Source: Mobula hypostoma
Lineage: Eukaryota
Length of the DNA: 64,000 bases
Direction of reading: 5' to 3'
NCBI RefSeq assembly: GCF_963921235.1
Contig: NC_086097.1
Location: forward strand, 137,702,001-137,766,000
The notes beneath the pieces are model-generated. The model saw nothing but the letters and a program-made list of their open reading frames with translations. It searched no databases and was not told where the DNA came from. Positions 25,902 to 39,445 of the stretch are shown one piece after another. The stretch's first letter is position 1. Each line of letters begins with the position of its first letter. Both the position numbers and the translations under genes were made by a program.

Positions 25902-27319
25902 CTGAACATAAGATTGAAACATTGATTATGTTGGAGTCACAAAAGACAAAATTAGCTTTAAACAGATGGAGCTAAACATAACATCAATGTGAATATGCTC
26001 GAATTAAAATAAATTTGTCATTATTCAATAGGAATTTTAAGCAGCAACTTTTAGACCACCACTCCAAAATAAACTCCCATTGAACTACAATTGATCCATG
26101 GAAGAGACTTCGCTCCAACAGAGGTTTTTCTCGCGCTTCCTTCATACATGCTGGCGAAGTATTCAAAGGGACATCAATTCTCTGTAAATATGCTGTAATT
26201 TAAGCAATTTAAAACTCAGCCATCGTTCCTGTGGCAGACATGGAGACTAAATAATTCAGAAGAAGAAACAAATGAGTGACTGTATCACTGACTGTGGTGG
26301 AGGCTGGTCCCCTGAGGGAGTAGGGGAAAGCTGGGACACAATGCTTGGGCTTGTGTGGGGCTCTGAAAGCTGCATGTAGAATGCTCTCTGAAATGGCCTA
26401 GAAAATGGATCCGTAAAGGGTAACAAATATGTGAACCCCAGATCTGGAATGTTGTTTTCATTTGATAAGTGGAACCAGAAAACAGTGAATAATAATTACA
26501 GACATATGCAAAGTCTATCTATTGCACAGGTTCATCCTTTACTTCCCACCAGTCAATGTGAGTCCTGAGCTGTGCTTCTACATAGTGCAACTTCCATGAA
26601 GATGTTCCCATTTCAGTAAATAGACACTATATGCGAGTATATTACAGGCAGACATTTATAGTTTTTAGATATTACAAGAATCAGGGTACGTGAGAATAAC
26701 GAGACATGTTGATAAAACATCAGCTGTAACTTTACTGATGGGCACAGCTGAAACTGGGGCTGAATAAACTTCTCCGGCTCCTTGGACTCCTTTAGCTATT
26801 ATCATACTTTTTAAAAACCAGTGCCATCTTTTTCCTCGCGAACAGACACGGTCAAATGGAATCAAATCACAAGAGATGCCTATCTGTGTACAAGCCACAT
26901 GAGTAATCTAACTAGGATGGGCAGGGGTTTTCACAGCACGAAAGACTTGGGGATGCAGAAGGGTTAGGGAAAAGTTGAGGAAATCTATTTTTCAAATAAA
27001 GAACAACAGGGACTGAACAGAGCAACAGGTGATAGAAGCAGAAAGCCTTTCAGTGACCATTAGAATGTACCAAGAAGAACATCTGATGTGCCATAACCGG
27101 CAGACTAGAAAAAGTTATAGAATCACACAGCTTGAGAGCAGGCCCTCGGCCCCACTCAGTCATGCTGACCAAGGTGCCAACTTGAGCTGGTCCCTTTTGC
27201 CTGCCTTTGGCCCAATCCCTCTCAACTTTGCCATTCATCCACCTGTCTAAATGTCTTTTGAGCTATGTAACCTGTAAAAGTGGGAAAGTAGGGAGAGCTG
27301 GAATACCTGTTTATTTATT

Positions 27320-27560
27320 TAGCAATAAAGTGTGGAGCAGGCCCTTCAAAGCACACCGGCCCAGCAACCCCACAACCCCAATTAACACTAACCTAATCAC
27401 GGACAATTTACAATGACCAATTAACCTCCCCCATATGCCTTCGGGCTGTGGGAGGAAACTGAAGCACCCAGGGAAACCCAATGCAATCTGGAATTGAACT
27501 CCACGCTCCAGAGCACCCCGAGCTGCAATAGCGTCATGCTAACCACTACACCACCATGGA
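27320..27560 (-). mobile_element. tRNA-derived V-SINE (HE1-like)
   Basis: Reverse complement of the TGGGTTTCCCTGGGTGCTTCAGTTTCCTCCCACA core with a CR1-like tail. Confidence 0.65.
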
Positions 27561-28590
27561 GAACTGCACTGTTTTACTCACGTGGATGTGATGTTAACTA
27601 TCAGGAGTCCATAGGGGCATTCAGTGCAGCAACTCCCACACCCCACACAACACTGTGCTGTGGAGTTTCTGCATCAACATGCAGTAGAGAAGGGCAACAG
27701 AGAGACACCTGGCATGCTCTGATGCTGAAGGATAAACAGGGATCCCAGAAATCCAGTTCCAAATTTGCTTGTGTAAAACGCAGAGATTTCATTAGCATCA
27801 TTTTCAGCCAGAGCTGCACTCTGAACTTGCCCTATAATAACCAATCTGAACTTACAAAGACCAAACTTTCATCCAGAGAACAATTTGGATGTTTTAACTG
27901 AGTAGGGAGGGTGGAACTCAGTACCGGGTGGTGGTAGTTGAGGGGCTTCATTGCTGATGGACAGAGGGAAAGGGAAAGGATAAGGATATACCGCAAGTGC
28001 AGGGTGGAAGGAAGTTGTGAGCAGCATTAACACAAGAGTTGGGCTGAATGGCCTGCTTCTGTGTACATAAATCCTTACTGCCAATTTTATTTTATATTTT
28101 AAAATTCTGCCCTGAGGTCCACAGCTCTATGTCTTAACTGAGAGGAAACCTCTTCTTTCAAAATGCAACGAATATACTGCCTTGAAGGGCAGAAGTTGAT
28201 TCAGTATTAACTGGCAAGGGGAGTAGTGTGGTTGCTTTGAGGAGAAAGGCTGCAGAGATCTGGCGCATGAGTAGGTGGTTTAGGACTAGCTGTCAGGGCA
28301 CCGTGGCTGGCTTGGAATTATTGGCCAAAGAGTCTGCATTCGTGCTGTGTTGCTCTATGACTATATAGACCACTATGCTTATAACTCTGTCAATACAGAA
28401 TGAACACATGGGTTGACTGCCCGTTCCCAAGCTGTTGTCTTTCACATTCACAGAATATATGAAGAGTAATTTCCCCTCCTGAACTAAATGTTCTCTTCAA
28501 CCATAACTTTCCAGAACAACTATGTTTCTGTCACATGATAATCATCATACTGGAAGTAGTTTTGTATTACTGAATGAAAACGAGTCTCAC

Positions 28591-28992
28591 CAATGGCCAA
28601 ACCATCACTGAAGTTATGAAGCCCATCACCCATTATCACCATCCACGCCAGAGTTGCGATTCCTGCATCCTTCAGGTTCTCCTGCAAATAGTAGTGGCCG
28701 TGACTGTGGGGGTGGTGGTTCTGGTGGTGGTGGTGATGCAGAATGTGGTGGTAGTGGTGATGGTGATGATGGGAGTCATCAGCGTTTCCTATAGTGTCGT
28801 GGAAGTGAGAGTGGCACTTGTTCTCACAGCCTCGAGGCACATATGTGCTGTAATTTCCTTCTGGAAGAGCATGGGTAATCATAACTTCTTGTTCTGGAGT
28901 CAGTGAGTTTTGACTGTAATCCAGAGAGGGGAGGTTTGACTGATCCTTGGATTCAGCCTGAGAGTCATCCAGATCGGTAGACTGCATGTATT
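28591..28992 (-). CDS. SLC39A6: SLC39A6 coding exon 6 (His-rich loop and TM4 HNFSDG)
   Basis: Mostly covered by ORF 28520..28987; GT-AG bounded; 402 nt. Confidence 0.96.
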
Positions 28993-29261
28993 CTACATTT
29001 CAAAAAGACACACAGAGCGATAACATTATATGAAACAATTATGCAAGAATTCCAGATTAGTATACATCCATTTACAAATACAAATTATTTCATCCAATAG
29101 ATAAGTAAAGAAGAAATTTAATGTGGGGGGTGGAATTTACACATAGCTCTCTTCAATGAGAACTGGGAAGTATTATGTATTGCTCCCTGTCTTTGTATTT
29201 CTTCAAAAGATATTTTTACTGAAAAGTACTAGGAAAAAAAATCATCAAAACTTACACCTTG

Positions 29262-29505
29262 TTTTCCTTCTGTGTAGCCTCCAACCTGATGGCATGAACA
29301 ACAATTTCTCTAACTTTTGGTAATTTCTCTCCCCTCCTTGCTCCTTCTTTTCCGCCCGACTTCTTATTCTGGCTTCTGCCCCCTTCCTTTCCACCCCTGA
29401 TGAAGGGTCTCAGCCCAAAACGTCAACACTCATTCTCCTCTGCAGATGCTGCCCAACCTGTGTGTCTTTTGTGTGCGAGCTGCATCTGCAGAATCTCTTG
29501 GTGAA
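29262..29505 (+). mobile_element. Penelope-like element 3' end: ORF end, pyrimidine tract and hammerhead-bearing terminal repeat
   Basis: SLQPDGMNNNFSNF (GIY-YIG C-terminus) followed by CTGATGAAGGGTCTCAGCCCAAAACGTC near 29397. Confidence 0.75.
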
Positions 29506-30066
29506 TTCATTGTCAGCTTGCCAGTCATACATGTGGTGCAGAAGGTCACTGATGGTGGCCAATGACAACACAGTATGTAATGACCCCCTTTTAAAGCTGA
29601 ATCAATTAACAGTCTCATACCGGAAAACACACCCTGAGCACTAAGTAACATCAGTAAATACCGGATGGCTGAAACAATATTATCTGTTTTCCCAAAGGCA
29701 AAAGGATGCCACATTGCCTAAATCTTTAGGACACATTCATTGAAACACAGTAATTTCTGACTGAAATAGCTTCTGCTTACTACATCTTTAGATTCCCAAT
29801 TCTCCATCCGCTGCTTCCTTTGTTCAATCTCTTCACCCCTTTCTACTACAATACATAATTTCTGCTATTTACCAGCTTCAGTAGTTTCACTCCAGCGAAA
29901 CAAAAAATGAATCAAGATTTCCAGAACAATCCCAGAAAAAGCTTTGTTTAAACATCCATACAAAACTCTTGTTATCCTCTCAGGGTGTAGGATAATAGTA
30001 ATCTCATCTTCAAAATAAATTTTACAAGGTATGCTTCATTTACCATTGGTGCAGTCACAAACCTAC

Positions 30067-30178
30067 CTGCAAACTGTTTTAGAGATGGAGGCTCTTCCTT
30101 TGATAACTGTTGTGATTCCTGGGGATCCACATTTCTATCAACATCCATGTCCTGTTCATCCTGGTTAGATTTCTTTTG
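30067..30178 (-). CDS. SLC39A6: SLC39A6 coding exon 5 (QKKSNQDEQDMDVD...SLKQFA), cytosolic loop
   Basis: ttaacag| acceptor, G|gtaggt donor, 112 nt; phase 0 to 1 bridges the neighbouring exons. Confidence 0.85.
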
Positions 30179-30411
30179 CTGTTAAAGCAAAATAATACAT
30201 CTCAAATATTGTGAAGTACTGGTGAAATCACAAAGAATAAGTACAAGGCTGAATGTAGAAAATCACCTTATGGGTAGCTAAGCAGAGGTGCTCAGTATTT
30301 CAGTTTAAGAGGAGATCTTAATACCACCCCAACCAGATGAGATTTAATTCAAATATAATTGAAAGTACATAATCTGACAGTCCATCTAGTTGAAAGGTCT
30401 CGCTCATTCTA

Positions 30412-30605
30412 ATATGCAAAATGCTGGAGGAACTCAGAAGGTCGGGCAGCATCTATGGAAAGGACCTTCTCCAGTCCTGATGAAGGGTCTTGGCCCAAAA
30501 CGTCAACTATTTATTCCTTTCCATAGATGCTGCCTGACCTGCTGAGTTCCTCCAGCATTTTGCACGTGTTACTCTGGATTTCCAGCATCTGCTGAATTTG
30601 TGTTT
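30412..30605 (+). mobile_element. Palindromic Penelope-terminal-repeat-derived short element with hammerhead motif
   Basis: Inverted arms (AAAATGCTGGAGGAACTCAG / CTGAGTTCCTCCAGCATTTT); CAGTC-CTGATGAA-GGGTCTTGGCCC-AAAACGTC; degenerate ~14-bp TSD aggtctcgctcatt / agatcttgctcatt. Confidence 0.8.
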
Positions 30606-31899
30606 AGATCTTGCTCATTTTTGCCTTGGGGTTGATAGAGACATGACATTATGTTATGGGCAGGAATCATAAACACAAGTCAAAGACCAAGTCTATCTTA
30701 AAGGGCATCTTGAGATGCTCCTTTCAGTAGGACTGATAACCACTTCTGTTTTCTTGGTTTTCATGTTTGGACCATGGAAAATGTTGAAGAATTCATATGC
30801 TAGAGTTATCAGCTACACTGGTTCTTTACATACTTCCTGCACCGCAGTTTTCAAAAGCTATTTAATACTTTAAAACGTGGAGATCCCAGTTCAAGAAAAC
30901 CTTGTGTTTGTGATTAACCAGCTGCTGGGTTAAACAGGGATCTGTATTTTCTAGCAGAGAAGCTAAGGGTCTCTTTCGTAGTATTAATTACTGGACCTGA
31001 GAAGTGACCAGGCACTCCATGTCTCTGCTTCTGGTAAGAAGCCTTTGGCACTGGCCTTTGTTTTCTGTTTAGGAATCAACTGGATAATCATAGCAAACTG
31101 GATTAGGCAGTTAGTTTTTTCTCAATATTTAAATTTTGATTTAGTTATTTCCACACTATTGGTTGGTTTGAGATCAGTTGTCTTTAATTGTCTCACCCTT
31201 TCACAGGAAGCTCCAAACACCCCTCGTTTAGCAACAATGGGATTTGCATCTTTCTTGATTGGATCATGTTACTGTTTATTGCTTAAATTCAGATTGGCTG
31301 TGCATCCAGTTTGAAAAATTTGGTCATTTGTCACACAGGTAATGCAGATATCTATGGTGTCTCTTGCTTAGACGATGACAGATTAACAATTGGCGATGCA
31401 GGACTGGGGTATTGCCCTGTACATCTGAAGACCCGTGCTCAACGTTTTAGGAACAGCTTCTTCCCCTCTGCCATCAGATTTCTGAACTCATGAACACTAC
31501 CTTAACATTTTACTTTTGCACTATTTATTTTTTATTGTAATTTATAGTATTTTTATTGTCAGAAAACAACAAACTTCACATTATATGTCAGTGGTTCTGA
31601 TTGTGTAGGAAAGATTTGGGAACAGCTTCTTTCCAACTGTGATAAGACTGCTGAACGGATCCTGACCCGGATCTGGGCTGCAACTTCCAAATACCTGGAC
31701 CTTTTTCTCGGTTTTTTTGCACTACCTTACTTTCCATTTTTCTATTTTCTATTTATGATTTATAATTTAAATTTTTAATATTTATTAATTTTTAATATTG
31801 TTAATATTTAATATTTGTAATCCAGGGAGTGGGAAGCACAGAATCAAATATCGCTCTGATGATTGTACGTTCTAGTATCAATTGTTTGGCAACAATAAA

Positions 31900-33150
31900 G
31901 TATAAAGTGCGAGGTCACACACTTTGGCAAAAGGAAACAAAAGTGGATTATCTCAATGGAGAAGAATTGCAACTATGAAGGATAGAAGGATCAAGTCATT
32001 CTAGTGCATAAATGATAAAAAGTTAGTGGAGGTGCGGGGATGGAGAGGACGTGTGGCACCAATTGACACATTGGCCTTTGTCATAAGGAGTTGCAGTTTA
32101 AAAATAGGGAGTTGCTACAATTGTAGAGTCAAAATGAGGCTACACCTGAAGAATTGGGGGGAGGCCAAAAGACATTCACTACACTAATTGGAGGCACAAG
32201 AGACTGCAGATGCTGAAATCTGGAGCAGCAACCTGCTGGAGGAACTCAGTGGGTTGAGCATCATCCGAGGTGGGAAAGGAGTCATCAATGCTTTGGGTCG
32301 AAACTCTGCATCAGTCCTTCAACCTTAAGAGTTCAACCTTAAGTGTGGAACATAGCTAACTCCCCCCGCGCCCCCCCCCCCACAGAGGCTACCTGACCTG
32401 TTAAGCTCCCCCAGCAGATTGTTTACTTCACCAGACAGATGTCTGGGATGAGGTCTGTCCTATCTATTATTAGTGGCTAAAGAAGCTGGAATCTGTAGTC
32501 TTTGAAGTTTAGAAAAACGAAGATCTTACACAAACATACTTAGGCAGCAAACCTGGGTAAATTTTGAGGAGGTTCCACTAGTGGGAAGAGTCTTAAACAA
32601 CGGGACAAAATATGGGGCCGGGCATTTAAAGCTGAGGTGCACAGGGATTTCTTCAGAGGGTTGTTAGTTAAGCCTGTCAGCCGTACAGGGGCCTAGGCTG
32701 GGCGACAGCAGCTTGCCAGAGTTTTCTGTCCCGGGCCAGTTTGGTGGCTTATTGGCCTGCGGCTTCCACGGACTAGCAGCTCTCACCGTACAACTTCATA
32801 TGTCTTCTAGGCGAAGACCCTTCCTCTCCCGGGGATGAGGTCTTGGGAGCTTTTGTGGGCAGTTTTGTGGCAATGGGTTTTTATGGGCTTGGATTGTTAG
32901 CCCATACCCAACTATCCTCCTTTCTCAGTCGGGCTTGGGACTGTCCATGGTGGAGTTTCAGAAAGTGGTGAATGTTTGTAATCCTCTACCTCAGTGCTGT
33001 GGAGACGGGATCACTGGGGTTATTTAAAGAGGATGTAAACATGTTTTTGAAATATTGGGGAATTGGGGTTGATGAGGCCTGGAACAGTTCAGCCACAATC
33101 ATATTAAATGGTGGGACGGGCTTCAGAAGCTGAGTGGCCGACCCTTACCC
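31900..33150 (+). mobile_element. Old CR1 fragment interrupted by a Penelope-derived palindrome (~32195-32428) and an RTE-like insert (~32660-32955)
   Basis: CR1 ORF2 and 3' UTR sequence resumes after each insert. Confidence 0.6.
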
Positions 33151-35664
33151 CTTCTGTTGACTGGAGACCAGGCTTGGCATCAAACATACTGAGCTCAGGA
33201 TTACCTACAGGTTCACTATCCTTACACACAGATAAACAAAGAAAACATTCAGTCTATTGCTCAGCTCCCTGATTTCTATTACATCCCTGCCTCTTCCTTC
33301 CTCCACTTGCCTCTCTTTGGACACCACCGTTTTCTCACCCAACTTCTCTTAGCCCATCACTGCACCTCTCTTCCCCTGCTCACTCTCTCTCATTCCACCT
33401 TTCTACCTCACCCTCTCTGACCTTCTATCCCCCACCCACATAGCTCCAATGACCTGTCACTCACACTCACTGGGGTGCTGCCCACCTCCTGCCATTCATT
33501 ACCAACTCCAGCTCAGTCAAAGTCTCCCCGGAGTGAGAGGCTGCTGATTCTGGCAGTGGCTTCGGAAATGCTCCTGAGGATACAGAGACTGTACCCCTGT
33601 TCAATCTTCATGATCATTACCAGAGCCAGAGTGGTGCAGAAATAGGTGTATAATCAGTCCGGTTTATAATCTCAGCCTTTGAGGGGCCCAGTGGAGCCAT
33701 CCAAACACATTCAGTGTCACCAACTAATCTTCCGAACAAAATACTAATGTACAGTATCATGTAAAATTTCAACACTAAACACAATTAAAGATATTCAGAT
33801 ATTTCAGAGATTAGATGCCTTGTTTTCGACTGCAATCACACTCACTCCATTTTAAATACACACTATTATCTGCAATTGATTAGTGTAAGGAAGTTATAAC
33901 GTCCATTTGTAATGAGCGGTAATCTTTGACACCTTTTCAATCTAAGACTCTGACTCCAGTTACTTTATTCTCCCTTTCTGATTTAATTTTATTATTCTGG
34001 TTAGTTTGACCAGACCATATATTTTAGAATTTAGATGGGTTTGCCCTATCTAACCAGACTACTTGAATATGCTACCATGCATCATGTTCGGCCATTCACT
34101 TTGAACAGCTGTTTGAAGATTTGAATGCCAGTCCACATGCTCCTCAGAATTCACAATCTGATTCATATTTTGCTATTTTAATCATTCTGAATGGCAAATG
34201 CCTTCATTGTTTCAGTGTTCTGCCCCAAAGTGCTGATGCCTCAGGCAGATTTGGTCAGTACAACAGCTACCGAGTTAGGTATCAGCCTAAAGCAACAACC
34301 ATGTTGGTTTCGCTGTAACTTCTTGCACAGAGCAGCTCGACTGGAGTACTGCATATCCAAGCAAGCTTGGGATATCAAGACAACCTGTAGCTGGATCACA
34401 GTAGTGAGGAGTTTGACCACAATTTTTGGCCGTTGCTGATGGGTGGAGACTGGGCAATAGGCCAAGATTTGCAATGAGCAGAGTGGAGAAATTATCAGTG
34501 CTATTCTTGTCTGAAATCAATGAGTCCATTGTTCAGTCTGGAAACTGATTACAATAATTTATTACAATCAGCCACTCTGCTCGTCCTCCCATTCTCAGAA
34601 TCCCACCTTCCAGCAGTTTGAGGTTTCATTCAACTTCTCCTATTTACACTTCACCCAGAGTGATATTTTATTTGACAGCCTCGACAAGCCATCACTGTTT
34701 GTCATTCATTCTCTCCTGTTTTCTACCCTTTTGTGCCCTCCATCCCACCCCATCTTTTCAGCAACTTAACATTGCATTTACCCCAAATTTAACTTTTTCT
34801 TTTTTCAGATGCTGTCTGATCAGCTGTATTTTTCAGACCTATTGTTTTTGTAACTGAGCTGTTAGCAATTATGAAAACAGATTCAGGCAGCATCTGTGGA
34901 GAGAGAAGCAACGTTAACGTTTCAGGATGATCTCAGAAACAGACATTAAACATTCGCTCTGTTTCTATCTCCGCTGATGTTGCCCGAACGACCATTTTCA
35001 GTTTTTTCTGTTTTTAATACTTTGCTCTATAAATAATGCCTAACAAGCACTCAAGACTTCAAAGAAATCATTTTGTGTATGTCTGAATCAACACTAGCTC
35101 CTTAAATATTTCAATATTCAGATTTTTTTCCTTGATTTAAACAAAAGTGAAATGTTGTAAACTGAAAAGACTGAGCAAAATACATTACAGGAATGCTGGC
35201 AACATGTGGCACAGAGAGCCCTACTTGTAGCAGAGAAAAACTTAACCAGGTCCCATTCAAATACACTTCCATCACCTTTACAGGCAGCTCCTTGCTGCCA
35301 AAGTAACTTGGTCTGTTAAAAACATTCACACATAATCCAGAGTTCACCTGTGAATCACTTACAATCCCAGGCCCCATTGGCCAAATTTTGTCACTGGAAA
35401 ATTTATTTTTATTTATTCATCCAAACATATTTCTGAAATCTCCTAACCTTCTCTGCTTGAAAAACTCAATTGTATCACTGAATTCCCTCATTATAATACA
35501 ATCTGTATTGCCTGCTATCTGGATCCAATCCCTCCATTAATTAGCCATACATGAAAAGTTACAACTAAGGCAGTTTTACCTTCCCATTCAAAAATCCTAA
35601 AGGAGGAAACCAGACGACAAATATTCAAGACAATTACTATGGCAATAAAGTTATCCTTCCGCTC

Positions 35665-35994
35665 GTCACAGTGGTGCAACACTTTACAGTGCCAGTAGTA
35701 AGGCAGGGGTTCAATTCTGTTCGGAGTTTGTACGTTCTCTCCAGACCACATCGGCTTTCTCTGGATGCTCTGGTTTCCTCCCTCATTCCAAAGACGCACG
35801 GGGCAAACTTAATCACAAACAGGAGAAAATCTGCAGATGCTGGAAATCCGAGCAACATACACAAGATGCTGGAGGAGCTCAGCAGGCCGAGCAACATCTA
35901 TGGAAAAAGTACAGCCGAAGAAAAACATCGATTCTACTCTTTCCATAGATGCTGCCTGGCCTGCTGAGTTCCTCTAGCATTCTGCGTGTGTTGC
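35665..35994. mobile_element. tRNA V-SINE head followed by a Penelope-derived palindrome (35813-35994)
   Basis: GGTTCAATTC B-box and V core, then the inverted-arm element. Confidence 0.7.
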
Positions 35995-36351
35995 AGGGTA
36001 GGTTTAGTAAGTTGTGGGCATTCTATGTTTGAGCCTCAGTTGTGGCAGCGTGTTTGTGTCCTTGAGCAAGGCACTTAACCACACATTGCTTTAGTGTCTG
36101 TGTGAGGAGTGGCGCCCCACACAGACTTCCAATCTGCACCTTGTAAGGCATGAAAACGCCCGATGCAGGCCTCCCATGGTCTGAGTCAACGTTCCCTCCC
36201 CTACGTTGGCACCAGAAGTATGGCAAAACTTATGGGCTGCCCCCCAGCACAATCCTTGCTGATTTGATTTGACGCATTTCACTGTATATATGACAAATAA
36301 AGCTGATCTTTAACCTCTTTAAAATATTAGGGACAGAATGCACTGCCTTAC

Positions 36352-36519
36352 CTTCCTTTTCCCTTTGTACAATTTAATTAAAGTTATCAAATGTTCGATG
36401 AGAAACATAAAGTAAAGGCCACCAAGAGCTGTGAGCCCCTTCCACACATAATTCAAATGATCGTGGTCTTCTTCAGGGTGTTCATGCTGTTCGGCACTGT
36501 GCTGATGGACACCTTGAGA
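36352..36519 (-). CDS. SLC39A6: SLC39A6 coding exon 4 (TM3, WKGLTALGGLYFMFLIEH)
   Basis: GT-AG bounded; 168 nt. Confidence 0.96.
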
Positions 36520-37318
36520 CTGGAAAGAGCATAAGTACTTGTTTTTAGTTCCAAAGTAATGAAGGAGTCCCACAAGCTTCAGCTTCTATTCTATTTCTAG
36601 CCCCAATCATTTTAGTACGTCTGAAGGGTAGACACTGTTATTACATTGGGAATGCAGCAGCAACCTTGCACAAAAATGTTGGTGACCAGGTAATCTGTTT
36701 GGGTGATGTCAGTGGTGGGGTCATTACCAGCAAGGATGTCTGGGAAAACCTCCTGTGCTCATTCAAAACAGAAGCCAAGGGATCCTTTACAAGCACTAAA
36801 CACAGCAGATGTCTGTTTCACATCTCACTGGGATTCTGGCGATCATACAGGTGGAGAGAGAATGACCATGGGTATACCGGATTTTGAGTACAGGTGGTGG
36901 TGGGATTATCACAGGCATTGCTCAAGATCTAGTAACAAAGTACCTGAGGTACTGCCCTTTAAACCAGCACAAGGACCTCTTAACCTGGTGTAAAACCCTC
37001 CTTCAAATCAACCTTCTGATATGACCTAGCTATTGTTCATCACTCAGTCCCCCAGAGCAGCGGCTGTTAGGAGAACCTGGAATTGTCAACAGCTAGAGCA
37101 AAACATTCAGATGCTGAGACTTAAATTTAGGCAAATCCTCAACAAATATTGATATGGAAATGGTTCCCAAAAGTAAGTACACCTTTGTAAAGTAGGTTGC
37201 ATGGTTCCAATAGATTAGTGCTCGCAGTGTTTTCAGCTGCGCCCTCAGTGGGCTCTTAGGTTTTGTTTGAAAAATTACACTTCTGAAAAAATAGATTCAA
37301 CAAATAAACAGTACTTAC

Positions 37319-37488
37319 GTGTGGCAAGAGATGTAAAAACGCATCCCCACTCAGTGTCCCAACAGCCAAAGCAACCAGGAACGTCAAGAGAAACTTGAAG
37401 AAAGTCTTATTCATTAAAGGCATGAAGATGATACCCAAAAGTGACAGCAGACTGATGACTGTGACAGACACAAATCCTCCAATCCAAG
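37319..37488 (-). CDS. SLC39A6: SLC39A6 coding exon 3 (TM1-TM2, AWIGGFVSV...GTLSGDAFLHLLPH)
   Basis: GT-AG bounded; 170 nt. Confidence 0.96.
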
Positions 37489-37559
37489 CTATCGTAAAAC
37501 AAGGAACAGGCAGAAATAAATGCTTCATTATATCTTCCAAGAACAGAACTTCTAACCAT

Positions 37560-38120
37560 TTCAATAAGATTTGATAATAATAACTTATTTACATAGCACT
37601 TTTCATATGGACAATGTAGTTCAACGTGCTTTACAATGAGATAAACTGCAAACATGAAAACAAAAGACAAATAGTCAGTTAAAAGCAAGGTTAAATAAAT
37701 AGGCTTTGAGTTGGACTGAATCTCTATCCCTTATAGTTTTAGGTATGGAATTAGGAGTGTAGTTCAAAAAAGCTAACCTGCCAATTATCTTTTGAGGGAA
37801 ATTGTTTAAATTTAAGAGACTGGTAGAAGACGACTTGATTATAAGACGAAAGCAATTCTGTGATGTACTTCCGTCCCAGACTATTGAGAGCTTTAAAAAC
37901 AAGTAAGAGAACTTCAAAATCAATTCTAAAAGGTTCAGGAAGCCCATGCAGAGTAGATAGGATTGGAGTGATATGCTCCCTCATCCTGATTTTAGTTGAA
38001 AGTCTGGCAATGTCGTTCTGAATGAGTTGAAGTTTATGAATAGACTGCTTTGGAAGGTTAGTAAAAAGTATACTACACTATTCTAGTCTATTCGATAGAA
38101 AGATGTGAATTGATAAATGA
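37560..38120 (-). mobile_element. L2 LINE 3' fragment
   Basis: REHITPILSTLHGLP..FRIDFEVLLLVFKALN and a TGTAAAGCAC...TGCTATGTAAATAAG-TTATTATTAT tail. Confidence 0.85.
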
Positions 38121-38538
38121 TTTGCTATTCCCTGTTCCTCACCAAGAATGCACCTTTGTAGTAGTGGATAATGTGGTACTGTAAACCATAATGTGTTTTT
38201 AAAAAAAAAATCCTACTTTCCTAAGCTAAAGCTGTTGAACGCATGGATCCTTTGGTTTCATAAAAAATGGTGAAACAAAAGCAGGTTATGCAAGATATTT
38301 CTAAATCTTTGAATGAAGTAATTCAGCTCTCAACGTCTAAAAGGCTTTGTGGGGAGCTTCACCAGAACAATGAGATATATATAATTTTCTGGATTATACA
38401 TCAGCTGATGCTGCGTTTCAACCTGAAACACTAAAAAACAACCCCTACCCCCACAGTCCTGTTCTTTGCAGTAATGTATTGTAGTCATGTATAGCACTCA
38501 ATAGGAGGCACTCAGCCAAATTACATGAAGTGACTTAC

Positions 38539-38707
38539 CTGCCCCAATGGAATAGGTGGAATACATCTTTCCAGGTTCACGTCCGATACATGCCCTGCTT
38601 TCGATTTGATCCAGGAGGGCAGGGCAAAGGTAGCTGAACTGCTCAGCACTCAGAGTCGCATGTGAGGGCATTCCATGAGACAAGAATAAATGGTCTGCAT
38701 TCAGGCA
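38539..38707 (-). CDS. SLC39A6: SLC39A6 coding exon 2 (CLNADHLF...FSYLCPALLDQIESRAC)
   Basis: CPALL motif; GT-AG bounded; 169 nt. Confidence 0.95.
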
Positions 38708-39445
38708 CTGCAGGGACACAAGAGTACAACAGGCATGTCCGACAAAAACAATCAACTTACTTATCTGCCTACTCAAACCCCTCCCCATCTGCAATCTATT
38801 CAAGCTCATTAGAGTTAAGAGTTTTAAAATTTCTCACACAATGTTCTCTTGCAACTGACGACAACCAGAGCCACCAGGGGGAAGTGCAGAGGAAGACCAG
38901 ACCTATCCAAACAATTACGGAAGCAGACTCATCGGGGTCCTACATCATTGCAGCAAGATTACTCTCGCAATTCTTTTGTCTGTCTACTTGCATGTTGTTC
39001 TTGCAAGTTAACTTCAGTGATCTGTACACAAGGACACCCATGTCCTGTTGAGCACCAGCACCAATTTATCCAGGCCTTTCAATCCCATTTTCTATTTCGA
39101 TGAGCTCATATTTACAAACGTATTCACATACGTCCTTGCCCTTCATCTAATGTGACTCCAACACGGATGATATTAAACTGTCTCCACATTGCCCATGCCA
39201 TGAACAAATATGAGAAGCTTACATTATCCACACCTCTGCTACCCTGTGGCCCCCTGCTCATTGACTTCACTGGTTCTAGCTCTCCAGCATCACAGTTAAA
39301 ATTCTCCATGTTTTCAAATTCATGCCAACTCTCTTCCTCCAATCCTGCAATTCCAAAACTCCAGCAATCCTCCAAGCTTTTCATGTTTTCAACAGTCAAG
39401 GGAATCCCATTCCAAACATGCCTGCTTCTGCCGTTCTTCTCAGCG

